This document shows positions 17,365 through 25,711 of a stretch of 32,000 nucleotides of DNA, piece after piece. The notes beneath the pieces were generated by a model, which was not told the DNA's origin, did no database searches, and saw nothing but the letters and a program-made list of their open reading frames with translations. The first letter of the stretch is position 1; each line of letters opens with the position of its first letter. The translations under genes and the position numbers were made by a program. The DNA is from Cereibacter sphaeroides 2.4.1 (lineage in GTDB: Bacteria > Pseudomonadota > Alphaproteobacteria > Rhodobacterales > Rhodobacteraceae): NCBI RefSeq assembly GCF_000012905.2, contig NC_007493.2, positions 480,001 through 512,000 on the forward strand. Reading direction: 5' to 3'.

Positions 17365-18675
17365 CTATTTCGCGATCACCTCGTCGCGCACGAACATGTT
17401 CGACCAGGCCCGGTCGATCAGGGCCGGGGTCATCTGATAGGGCAGGCCCTCGAAGTCGCAGACCGAAATCATCTGGTCGATCAGATAGACCGGCATGTAA
17501 TTGGCATAGCGGTTGTCGATGGTGGGGAACTTCGCCTTCATCAGATGCACCAGCGCCGTCTCGTCGAGCGGCATCTTCCGCTTCTTCGCCACCATCGCGA
17601 AGATCTTCAGGAAATTCTCCTGGCTCGGCCCGTCCACCTTGATCTTGAAGAAGATCCGCCGGAGAGCCGCGCCGTCGAAGATCTCGTTCGGGTGGAAGTT
17701 GGTCGAGAAGATCACCAGCGTGTCGAAGGGCACGGTGAATTTCTCGCCCGACTGCAGCGCGAGGATGTCGCGATTTTCCTCGAGCGGCACGATCCAGCGG
17801 TTCACCAGCTTCTGCGGCGGCTCCGCCTGACGGCCGAGGTCGTCGACGATGAAGATCCCGCCGGTGGCCTTCAGTTGCAGCGGCGCCTGATAGGTGCGCG
17901 CGACCGGATTGTAGGTGAGATCCAGCATGTCGAGCGTGAGCTCGCCCCCGGTAATCACTGTCGGGCGCTCGCACCAGACATAGCGGTTGTCGAACCGGTT
18001 CGAGGTGCGGCGCAGGCTGGTCGGATCGTCCACGGCCGATTCCGCCGACCGGTGCACGATCGGGTCGTAGACCGTGATGACCTGACCGGAATATTCCAAC
18101 GCGCGCGGCACATAGATCCGGTCGCCCAGCGCATCGCGGATCCCGTTCGAGATCGAGGATTTCCCGTTGCCCGGCGGCCCGTACATCAGGATCGAGCGGC
18201 CCGAGGTGACGGCCGGCCCCAGATGGTCCAGAAGCTCGTCGGGCAGGATCAGATGCCCCATCGCCGCCGTCAGCTGCGCCCGCGTGAGCTTGATGTGGCG
18301 CACCGACTGCCGCTCGACCTGCAGGCGGTAGCGGTCGAGCGGGACGGGCATCGCGCCGTAATATTCCGACTGGCTCAGCGCATCGAGCGCGCGCGCCTTG
18401 CCCTGATCGGTCAGCTGATAGCCCATCTCGTTGCCCGAGGTGGCGTGCAGCGTGCCCGTCGCCTCGACCAGCCGCTGGCTGCGGGCAAGGTCCACCAGCT
18501 CCTGCGCGAGAGGGGCGGGCAGGCAGATCACCGGCGCGATCTGCGAGACCAGTTCGAGGTTCATCCGGAACATGGTCTTGAGCAGGATGTCCCGCAGCAT
18601 GACGAGCGACAGGCCCGTGTCGGGCAGCGTGCGCGGCGCGGGAGGTGCGATGACGTCTGAGCTCTGCACGGTCAT
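17365..18675 (-). CDS. uncharacterised AAA+ ATPase with N-terminal winged-helix-like domain, appended to the tad operon
   Basis: Walker A MYGPPGNGKSS, Walker B GGIFIVDDLG, sensor-1-like LVIFSTN and Arg-finger-like DGAALRRIFFKI. The N-terminal ~150 aa include a wHTH wing-like GYQLTDQGKARAL. The start lies 15 nt after the cpaA stop, on the same strand, preceded by AAGGGTGAG. Confidence 0.75.
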   Translation of the reverse strand: MTVQSSDVIAPPAPRTLPDTGLSLVMLRDILLKTMFRMNLELVSQIAPVICLPAPLAQELVDLARSQRLVEATGTLHATSGNEMGYQLTDQGKARALDALSQSEYYGAMPVPLDRYRLQVERQSVRHIKLTRAQLTAAMGHLILPDELLDHLGPAVTSGRSILMYGPPGNGKSSISNGIRDALGDRIYVPRALEYSGQVITVYDPIVHRSAESAVDDPTSLRRTSNRFDNRYVWCERPTVITGGELTLDMLDLTYNPVARTYQAPLQLKATGGIFIVDDLGRQAEPPQKLVNRWIVPLEENRDILALQSGEKFTVPFDTLVIFSTNFHPNEIFDGAALRRIFFKIKVDGPSQENFLKIFAMVAKKRKMPLDETALVHLMKAKFPTIDNRYANYMPVYLIDQMISVCDFEGLPYQMTPALIDRAWSNMFVRDEVIAK

Positions 18676-18690
18676 GGACTCACCCTTGGG

Positions 18691-19194
18691 TCAGCGGCCG
18701 AAGAGTGCCGCGAGAAGGTAAAGGATCAGCATCCCGGCCAGCGCCAGCCCCATAGGAAAGTCGCGGCGGCGCCAGCTCTCCCAGTCGGCGGTGGCCCGGC
18801 GGAAGGGCCCGAGAAGCCCAAGGCCCCGGTGACTGGCGAAGGCGCCGAGGAGGGAGGCCGCGAAGAGCGCGAGGGCCAGCCTCAGGTCCTCCAGCGCCAC
18901 GAAGAGGGCCATGGCGGCGGCGAACTTGGCGTCGCCTGCGCCGATCAACCGGCCCATGTTCATCAGGAACCCCACCGCCAGCACGACCAGAAGATGCAGC
19001 CAGCGCCAGAGCCAGTCGTCGAGCGGCAGGACAAACGGGCCCGCGACGAGGAAGACCGCCGCCAGCGCCAGCACCGCCTTGTTCGGGATCTTCATGAATT
19101 TCATGTCGCTCCAGGCCACCCAGAGCGCGATGGGCAGCACGAGGGGCAGGAAGACCGCGGCCGCCGGGGCAGGAGTGGCGATCAGGTCCGCCAC
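18691..19194 (-). CDS. cpaA: A24-family prepilin peptidase CpaA/TadV
   Basis: Polytopic 167-aa protein with both aspartate motifs (WSDMKFMKIPN and GAGDAKF). GTG 19194 lies 2 nt after the upstream stop. The rest of track ORF 18691..20019 is R/P-rich shadow frame. Confidence 0.85.
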   Translation of the reverse strand: MADLIATPAPAAAVFLPLVLPIALWVAWSDMKFMKIPNKAVLALAAVFLVAGPFVLPLDDWLWRWLHLLVVLAVGFLMNMGRLIGAGDAKFAAAMALFVALEDLRLALALFAASLLGAFASHRGLGLLGPFRRATADWESWRRRDFPMGLALAGMLILYLLAALFGR

Positions 19195-19196
19195 GC

Positions 19197-20045
19197 TCAG
19201 CCCGCGTCGAGCGCCTCGAGACTGCGCACGGCGGCCTCGAAATATTGCGGATGCGTGTCGATGGCCGACTGAAGCAGGCCCTTGCCCACCGTCACGTCGC
19301 CTTTCTTGATCGCAGCGAGCGCTAGCGTGTAGATCAGCTGCGCCCGCTCGGTCTGCGTCATCTGGATCACCGGCAGGTCGTATTTGCGCTGCGCGCCCCG
19401 GGCCAGAACGAGGTTGTTCTTGGCCGTGAAGGAGGTCGGGTCGTAGGTCAGCGCCTCGTAGAAGAGCCGCTCCGCCGCCGCCGCATCGCCGCGCGAGAGC
19501 TTCGAGAAGCCCCAGTTGTTCAGGACGCCCGCGGGCTGGGTCGTCATGCCGGTCGCCGTCTCGTAGAAACTGTCGGCCTTCGTCCACTGCTTTTTGCTGT
19601 CGGCCACCATCGCCTCGAGCCGGTAACGCTCGAAGGTCTCGTAGGTCGGCGGGATGCGGGACAACTCCGCCTCGGCGCGGCTCCAGTCGTTCGAGCGGAT
19701 CAGCGTGTCGGCAAAGGCCACACGGTCCGCGTTGGTGCCCTCGTGGCTGTTGACCACCTGGCTCCAGACCGTTGCCGCCTCGGCGGGGCGCTGGGCGCGC
19801 ACGAGCGACTTGGCAAGGCTGCGCTTGAGGTCGATCCGGTCGGGCGCCTTCTCGACGGCGCCGCGGAAATAGGCCACCGCCTCGTCGGGGGCGCCCACCG
19901 TCAGCATGATCTCGTTCAGGTTGCTTTCGTCGGCGGCGCTGAGGCTCTTCAGCGCGCGGTCGACTTCGGCATCGCGGCCGCCGCCGCAGCCGCTCAGGAG
20001 GGCCGTGCCGACAAGGCACAGCGCGGTCAGGACGGGGTGGCGCAT
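19197..20045 (-). CDS. TPR-repeat lipoprotein of the tad locus
   Basis: Lipobox ALLSGC after MRHPVLTALCLVGT. TPR-like helical repeats (AVAYFRGAVEKAPDRIDL..., AERLFYEALTYDPTSFTAKNNL...). 282 aa from ATG 20045. Confidence 0.75.
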   Translation of the reverse strand: MRHPVLTALCLVGTALLSGCGGGRDAEVDRALKSLSAADESNLNEIMLTVGAPDEAVAYFRGAVEKAPDRIDLKRSLAKSLVRAQRPAEAATVWSQVVNSHEGTNADRVAFADTLIRSNDWSRAEAELSRIPPTYETFERYRLEAMVADSKKQWTKADSFYETATGMTTQPAGVLNNWGFSKLSRGDAAAAERLFYEALTYDPTSFTAKNNLVLARGAQRKYDLPVIQMTQTERAQLIYTLALAAIKKGDVTVGKGLLQSAIDTHPQYFEAAVRSLEALDAG

Positions 20046-20082
20046 GGTTCTGCGTCCTCTTGCTGCTCGATCCCGGTCGTGT

Positions 20083-20649
20083 TCAGAGCTGCGACAGCAG
20101 CACATACTGGCCCTGCCCGCGCCGGACGAGGGAGAAGGCGTGTCGTTCCTCCGGCTCGACATACAGCGACGCCTCGCTCTTCGCGATGGCGCGGCGCAGA
20201 TTTTCCCGGATGGAGTCGGTGGCGCCACTGTCGAGCGCGAAGGCCTGCTGGAAGACGAGCCGCGCCTCGGGGGCACGGCCGCGCTCCATCAGGACGACGC
20301 CCAGATTGTTGACAGCCGGCACGAAGGTGGGGTCGAGCTCGATGGCGCGGCGCAGCAGCTGTTCGGCCTGGTTCAGCCGCCCGAGCCGCAGGTTGGCGGA
20401 ACCGAGCGCCGAGAGCACGTCGGCCGTCATGCCCTGCTCGGACGCGGCGCGGAGATAGGCCCGCAGCGCGAGCTCGCTCTCTCCCGCGGCCAAGAGCCTG
20501 TGCCCCACCAGCAGCCCGTCGATCCCGTTCCGGCCGGGATCGACCCCGAAGGGCGCGTTGCGTTCCGAGGCCTGCCGCGACAGCGCATCCGGTCCGCCGC
20601 AGGCGGCAAGCGTCGCGCAGAGGAGGAGGAAGACAAGGCCCCGGGTCAC
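20083..20649 (-). CDS. TadD/CpaI-like TPR lipoprotein
   Basis: Lipobox TLAACG. TPR repeats (ALRAYLRAASEQ..., AEQLLRRAIELDPTFVPAVNNLGVVLMERGRAPEA). GTG start lies 6 nt after the tadC stop. Confidence 0.7.
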   Translation of the reverse strand: MTRGLVFLLLCATLAACGGPDALSRQASERNAPFGVDPGRNGIDGLLVGHRLLAAGESELALRAYLRAASEQGMTADVLSALGSANLRLGRLNQAEQLLRRAIELDPTFVPAVNNLGVVLMERGRAPEARLVFQQAFALDSGATDSIRENLRRAIAKSEASLYVEPEERHAFSLVRRGQGQYVLLSQL

Positions 20650-20655
20650 GTCGTC

Positions 20656-21636
20656 TCACTGTCCGCCCAGCTGAGTGGCGATGCCATAGACCGAGGGGCC
20701 GATCAGGATCAGCATCAACGGCGGCACGGTCAGAAGCATTGTGCCGAGCGTCAGCTTCGTGGGCAAGGTGTTTGCCTTCTCCTCTGCCCGCATCACACGT
20801 TTGTCGCGCATTTCGGAGGAGTAGACGCGGAGCGCCTCGGCGATCGAGGTGCCGAACGTGGCCGACTGGATGAGGGTCGTCACGAAGGAGGAAACGTCGG
20901 GAATGCCCACGCGCTCGGACATGTCCTTCAGCACGGCCACGCGCTCCTTCCCGGCCTTGACCTCGTGGGCCACGATCTCGAACTCTTCGGCAAGCGCCGG
21001 ATAGCCCGCCGCGGATTCTCGGGCCACGCGCAGGATCGACTGATCGAGCGACTGGCCCGCCTCGACGCAGACCAGCATCATGTCGAGCGCATCGGGAAAG
21101 CCCGACACGATCTGGTCGTACCGCTCCTGCGCGCGGCGCTTGATCCAGTAGACTGGGAGGTAGTAGCCGATGGCCCCGGGCAGGATCGTGTAGAGCACCA
21201 TCTGCTGCATGGTGAGCGGTGCCGCGGCCGAGGCGACCATCGCATAGAGGAGACCGGCTGCCAGAAACCCCACCCCCAGCGCGAACTGGGCCGCGTGGAA
21301 CGCGCGCACGGCGCCCTTCGAGCGGTAGCCGGCGCGCATCATCTTGAGACGCGAGGCCGACATCTCTTCGGCAGTCTTGGGCTCCAGGAGATTGGCGAAC
21401 CGGTCGAGCTTCTCGCTGCCCGACGCGCGGCGCAGCGCCTGTCCCTTCTGAACCGGCGCCGCCACCGCCGCCGTGCGCTGGGCGCGGATCCGGTCGAACG
21501 GCTCCACCCGCTTTTTCAGCATCACGGGCAGGGTGAGCGCGATGAGCAGGATCCCGAGCGACCCCACGGCGATGAGGGGGCCGAGCGGACCCAGCCGGTC
21601 GGTCAGGTAGGTCTCGAGCAGGGAGAGGAGTTCCAT
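20656..21636 (-). CDS. tadC: Flp pilus assembly inner-membrane platform protein TadC/CpaH (T2SS-F family)
   Basis: N-terminal TM, cytoplasmic T2SSF domain (FPDALDMMLVCVEAGQSLDQSI...) and C-terminal TM pair. The start lies 3 nt after the tadB stop. Confidence 0.85.
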   Translation of the reverse strand: MELLSLLETYLTDRLGPLGPLIAVGSLGILLIALTLPVMLKKRVEPFDRIRAQRTAAVAAPVQKGQALRRASGSEKLDRFANLLEPKTAEEMSASRLKMMRAGYRSKGAVRAFHAAQFALGVGFLAAGLLYAMVASAAAPLTMQQMVLYTILPGAIGYYLPVYWIKRRAQERYDQIVSGFPDALDMMLVCVEAGQSLDQSILRVARESAAGYPALAEEFEIVAHEVKAGKERVAVLKDMSERVGIPDVSSFVTTLIQSATFGTSIAEALRVYSSEMRDKRVMRAEEKANTLPTKLTLGTMLLTVPPLMLILIGPSVYGIATQLGGQ

Positions 21637-21639
21637 GGG

Positions 21640-22608
21640 TCAGACCTTGATGTTGACCATGATCTTCATGAAGATGACGTTCGCGATCAGGAACGCCCCC
21701 ACGACGAGTGCCGCCGGAATGAAGAGCGGTGTCTCCTTCACCCCGTCGTAATAGTCGGGCTTCAGGATCGAGATCGCGACCAGCGCCACGATGGGGAAGG
21801 CCGACAGGAAGGTGCCGGACCATTTCGCCTCGGCCGTGATCGCCTTGACCCTGCGGAAAAGCTTGAAGCGCGAGCGGATCACCTTGGCCAGCCCTTCGAG
21901 GATCTCGGCGAGGTTGCCGCCCGACTGCTGCTGGATGGTCACGGCTACGGCGAGGAAGCGGAGGTCCTGGCTCTCCATCCGCTCGGCGAAGGCGCGGATG
22001 CATTCGGCCACGTCGCGCCCGTAGGCCGCCTCGTCCGCAATCACGCCGAACTCGGTGCCGAGCGGGTCGGGCACCTCCTTGGCGACGATCTGGATGGCCG
22101 AGGAGAAGGGATGGCCCACCCGGAGCGAGCGCACCATCAGCTCGACCGCGTCGGGCAGCTGCTCCTCGATCAGCGCCATGCGTTTCTTGGCCTTGCCGTT
22201 GACCCAGACATAGACCGCGCCCACTCCCATCACGACCGCGACCGCCCCGCGCACGAGGGGTGCCGCGCTGGTGCCGATGGTGAGGCCGAGGTAGGCCACG
22301 GCCGACAGGAGCACCATGATCCCGACCAGAGCCTTGGGCGAGAAGGCGATGTTGGCCTTCTGCGCCTTCGAGGCGAGGATCGCATAGAGCGGGATCCCCC
22401 GCGCGTTCATGTGCTGGCTCATCTCCTTGCGGAGCTGTTCCAGCACCTGCTCGCGGTTCTGGTTCTTCTCGAGCAGCGCGAGGCGGCGGCTGACGCGCGA
22501 GTTGAGGCTGATCGTCTTGCCGAAGACGGTCAGATAGATCCCCTCGACCAGCAGCAGCACCGCGACGAAGATCAGGATATAGATGATGGGTGCCGCGCTC
22601 AGCTGCAT
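21640..22608 (-). CDS. tadB: Flp pilus assembly inner-membrane platform protein TadB/CpaG (T2SS-F family)
   Basis: T2SSF domain (LPDAVELMVRSLRVGHPFSSAIQIVAKE...) flanked by TM helices. The start lies 7 nt after the cpaF stop. Confidence 0.85.
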   Translation of the reverse strand: MQLSAAPIIYILIFVAVLLLVEGIYLTVFGKTISLNSRVSRRLALLEKNQNREQVLEQLRKEMSQHMNARGIPLYAILASKAQKANIAFSPKALVGIMVLLSAVAYLGLTIGTSAAPLVRGAVAVVMGVGAVYVWVNGKAKKRMALIEEQLPDAVELMVRSLRVGHPFSSAIQIVAKEVPDPLGTEFGVIADEAAYGRDVAECIRAFAERMESQDLRFLAVAVTIQQQSGGNLAEILEGLAKVIRSRFKLFRRVKAITAEAKWSGTFLSAFPIVALVAISILKPDYYDGVKETPLFIPAALVVGAFLIANVIFMKIMVNIKV

Positions 22609-22615
22609 GGGGCCC

Positions 22616-24073
22616 TCAGGGAATGGGGTCGTAGATGGTGGCGGGCAGGATGTAGCCCCACTGGCGGAAGCGGTCGGAATAGTGCGAGCGCACGCCCGTC
22701 GCGTTGAACCGGCCGATGATCTTGCCCGACGGCTCGACCCCCAGCCGCTCGTAGCGGAAGATCTCCTGCATCGAGATGACGTCGCCCTCCATCCCGGTGA
22801 TCTCGGTGATCGAGACCATCCGGCGCGAGCCGTCCTGCAGGCGGCTGGCCTGCACGATCAGGTTGACGGCCGAGGCGATCTGCGCGCGCACCGCCTTGAT
22901 CGGCATCTCGATCCCGGCCATCGCCACCATGTTCTCGAGCCGGCTGATCCCGTCGCGCGCGGAGTTGGCGTGGATCGTGGTCATGGAGCCGTCGTGGCCG
23001 GTGTTCATCGCCTGCAGCATGTCGATGACCTCCTCGCCGCGGGTCTCGCCCACGATGATCCGGTCGGGCCGCATCCGGAGCGCGTTCCTCAGACAGTCGC
23101 GCTGCGTCACCGCGCCCTTGCCCTCGACGTTCGGGGGCCGGCTCTCCATCCGGCCGACATGGGCCTGCTGCAGCTGAAGCTCGGCCGTGTCCTCGATGGT
23201 CAGGATCCGCTCGGAATTGTCGATGAAGGACGACAGCGCGTTCAGCGTCGTGGTCTTGCCCGAGCCGGTGCCGCCCGAGACGATGATGTTGAGCCGCGTG
23301 GCCACGGCGGCCTGAAGGTAGGCCGCCATCTCCTCGGTGAAGGCGCCGAAGCGCACGAGGTCGGCGATGCCGAGCTTGTCCTTCTTGAACTTCCGGATCG
23401 AGACGAGCGAGCCGTCGACCGCGATGGGCGGCACCATGGCGTTGAAGCGCGACCCGTCGGCCAGACGCGCGTCGACGTAAGGGGTCGATTCGTCCACCCG
23501 CCGGCCCACCGCCGAGACGATCTTGTCGATGATCCGCAGCAGGTGGCGCTCGTCCTTGAAGGTCGTGTCGGTCAGCTCGAGCTTGCCGCTGCGTTCGACG
23601 AAGATCCGGTAGGGGCCATTCACGAGGATGTCGTTGATCGTCTCGTCCTTCAGGAGCGGTTCGAGCGGGCCGAGGCCCATCACCTCGTCGTAAAGCTCCT
23701 GGTTGAGGATCGCGCGTTCGTCCTTGTTCAGGACGACGCTCATCTCCTCGAGCGCCTCGCCGCAGATGGCCGCGATCTCGCTCCGCAGGCTCGATTCCGA
23801 GGCGGTTTCGAGGGCGGCGAGGTTGAGGTCGTCGAGCAGCCGGCGGTGCAGCTCGACCTTGAGCTCCATCAGCCGTTCCTTGCGCTTCTTCTCCTTGTCG
23901 CTGGCAATCGCCTCGGCGCCCGTGCGCGGCGCCGCAGGCCCCGGGCGGGGCGGGGCCGCGGGCTTGGCCGGCGCAGGCGCGACGGGGGCCGTGACCGAGG
24001 GCGTCGCCGCCCCCACCGCCGCCGAGGGCGCGGGCTTGGGCCCGTCGGGCGACTTGCGATAACGCGAGAACAT
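22616..24073 (-). CDS. cpaF: CpaF/TadA family pilus assembly secretion ATPase
   Basis: Walker [17 protein letters not shown], Asp box/Walker [12 protein letters not shown] and His box [16 protein letters not shown]. The Pro/Ala-rich N-terminal ~60 aa precede the conserved domains. Confidence 0.95.
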   Translation of the reverse strand: MFSRYRKSPDGPKPAPSAAVGAATPSVTAPVAPAPAKPAAPPRPGPAAPRTGAEAIASDKEKKRKERLMELKVELHRRLLDDLNLAALETASESSLRSEIAAICGEALEEMSVVLNKDERAILNQELYDEVMGLGPLEPLLKDETINDILVNGPYRIFVERSGKLELTDTTFKDERHLLRIIDKIVSAVGRRVDESTPYVDARLADGSRFNAMVPPIAVDGSLVSIRKFKKDKLGIADLVRFGAFTEEMAAYLQAAVATRLNIIVSGGTGSGKTTTLNALSSFIDNSERILTIEDTAELQLQQAHVGRMESRPPNVEGKGAVTQRDCLRNALRMRPDRIIVGETRGEEVIDMLQAMNTGHDGSMTTIHANSARDGISRLENMVAMAGIEMPIKAVRAQIASAVNLIVQASRLQDGSRRMVSITEITGMEGDVISMQEIFRYERLGVEPSGKIIGRFNATGVRSHYSDRFRQWGYILPATIYDPIP

Positions 24074-24093
24074 TCAGGGCACCTTCCGCAACA

Positions 24094-25365
24094 TCAGGTC
24101 TTGGCCGCTTCCACCGCGCGGCTGTGGTCGTAGAGCGACTTGGCGAGCTTCTGCAGTTCGCGCCGCAGCGGGTTCTTGGCAGCGGATTCCGACAGAGGCA
24201 GGCCGTGGTCGTTGGCCTGCGTGACGGCCACGCCGCCATCGGGCAGCTGAAGCTCGAACTCGATATCGAGGCTTTCGGCCATGCGCTTGACCCGGCCTCT
24301 GGCCGAGAGATCGGTGAAGCGCGGTGCCCGGTTCAGGACGAAGCGCAGCTTGTCGTGCGGCAGGCTTTCCGCCTTCAGCGCCCGCACGAGCCTGAGCACG
24401 TTCTGCGCCGAGCGGAGGTCGAGCTCCATCATCGCGAAATAGGCCTGCGACCGGGTGAGCACCGCCTCGGTCCAGGAGACGACGGTCGTCGGCATGTCCA
24501 GCACCACGAAGTCGAAGTTGGCCTGCGCCATGTCGAGCAGCCGGCCGATGTCCTCGGCCGTCATTATGTCGAGCGGGAGCATGTCGGGCGGCGCGGTGAA
24601 GACATGCAGCCGGTCGTTGAAGGTGAGCATGGCCTGCAGGAACCCGTCGCTGTCGGCCGCTTCGGTGTCCGACAGGATGTCGAACACGGACTCGCGCCGC
24701 GGCAGGTCGAGGTAGGTCGAGACCGCGCCGAACTGGAGATCGAGATCGATCAGGCAGACGCGGGGCCCCTCGGTCCTGGCCACGGTGGCCAGTTCCCAGG
24801 CAAGGTTGCAGGCGAAGGTCGAGGCGCCGACCCCGCCGGCCATCCCGTGCACGGGCAGCACGATGGCATCGCGGTCGCCCCGGGCCTTGAAGGCCGGCGC
24901 ATGGGGCAGGCCGGGCGAGGCGGGCGGCGTATGGTCGGCCTCGGCGGGCGGCGGAGGCGCCTTGCGGATGCGGTCGATCGCTTCGTGCAGCGCGCCCTCG
25001 GGAAGGGGATAGGGCACGAAATCGTCGGCCCCGAGCCGCAGAAGCTGATGCAGCGCGATCGGGCTCACCTGGTTGGCGATGAGGATGACCTTGATCGCCT
25101 TTTCCTTGGCGGTGCGAATGATGTCCGTGAGCCGCGCCAGATCGCCTTCGTCCTCGCCATCGACCGCAAGCGCCACGAATTCCAGCGTGCGCGCCTCGGG
25201 CTGGCGGAGGAACAGCCCCGCATCCTCGAAGCAGAGATCGCCCCAGCTCTCGCCGAGTTCGCTCTCCATGTCGTTGATGAGGATCTCGAAGTTCTGGACG
25301 TCCCTCGAGATCGTGCAGGCCACGATCGGTGCGGGTTCCGGTTGAAGCGTGGCCAAGCTGCTCAT
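24094..25365 (-). CDS. cpaE: CpaE/TadZ pilus localisation protein (receiver-like domain plus MinD/ParA-like domain)
   Basis: N-terminal CheY-like fold (KVILIANQVSPIALHQLLRLGADDFVPYP), a Pro-rich linker, then a MinD-like domain with deviant P-loop GMAGGVGAST and Walker B-like VVLDMP. ATG 25365 is preceded by GGAAGGA. 423 aa. Confidence 0.85.
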   Translation of the reverse strand: MSSLATLQPEPAPIVACTISRDVQNFEILINDMESELGESWGDLCFEDAGLFLRQPEARTLEFVALAVDGEDEGDLARLTDIIRTAKEKAIKVILIANQVSPIALHQLLRLGADDFVPYPLPEGALHEAIDRIRKAPPPPAEADHTPPASPGLPHAPAFKARGDRDAIVLPVHGMAGGVGASTFACNLAWELATVARTEGPRVCLIDLDLQFGAVSTYLDLPRRESVFDILSDTEAADSDGFLQAMLTFNDRLHVFTAPPDMLPLDIMTAEDIGRLLDMAQANFDFVVLDMPTTVVSWTEAVLTRSQAYFAMMELDLRSAQNVLRLVRALKAESLPHDKLRFVLNRAPRFTDLSARGRVKRMAESLDIEFELQLPDGGVAVTQANDHGLPLSESAAKNPLRRELQKLAKSLYDHSRAVEAAKT

Positions 25366-25500
25366 CCCAACAAGTCCTTCCCCCTGGCGGGGCCGCAAGG
25401 GGCCTCGGTCGAACGCCGACCTCGGACCCGAAGGGGCCCTGAACGCCCAAAGCTGCGGCAACCGCCGACCAGCCGCGTCCGGCCAGCCCGACTGTTTCCG

Positions 25501-25522
25501 TTGCGCACAAGGTGCTGCGCAA
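25501..25522. promoter_or_regulatory. dyad TTGCGCA-N8-TGCGCAA next to an AT-rich island (25538-25566) upstream of cpaE
   Basis: Perfect 7-bp inverted arms. The adjacent GGCTAAAAATACGTTATTGTTTGATTTGC is by far the most AT-rich stretch of the tad locus. Confidence 0.35.
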
Positions 25523-25674
25523 TGGTGGCAGGATTTGGGCTAAAAATACGTTATTGTTTGATTTGCCGGCGCGGCTGCAGCGCCGCCGCCCGCGGTCCTG
25601 CGAAGCCCCGGCCGGGCGCGTGAGATGCCATGGCCTCTCCGGCAGGTCCGCCGAGGCCCCAAGACACACCGCCC

Positions 25675-25696
25675 CTTCCGGCGCAAGCCCCGGAAG
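25675..25696 (-). terminator. hairpin 16 nt downstream of the OmpA-like gene (possible internal attenuator)
   Basis: CTTCCGG / CCGGAAG 7-bp stem with an 8-nt loop. On the minus strand it is followed by GGGCGGUGUGUCUU, only a partial U-tract. Confidence 0.3.
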
Positions 25697-25711
25697 TCGC
25701 AGGAGAAAGCA

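Noticed and set aside
25526-25540. Sigma54-like GG-N10-GC element (TGGCAGGATTTGGGC) on the plus strand in the cpaE upstream gap.
   Set aside because: It points away from cpaE, antisense into the OmpA-like gene. The -12 element is GGGC rather than TTGC. I saw no enhancer-binding protein gene in the window.
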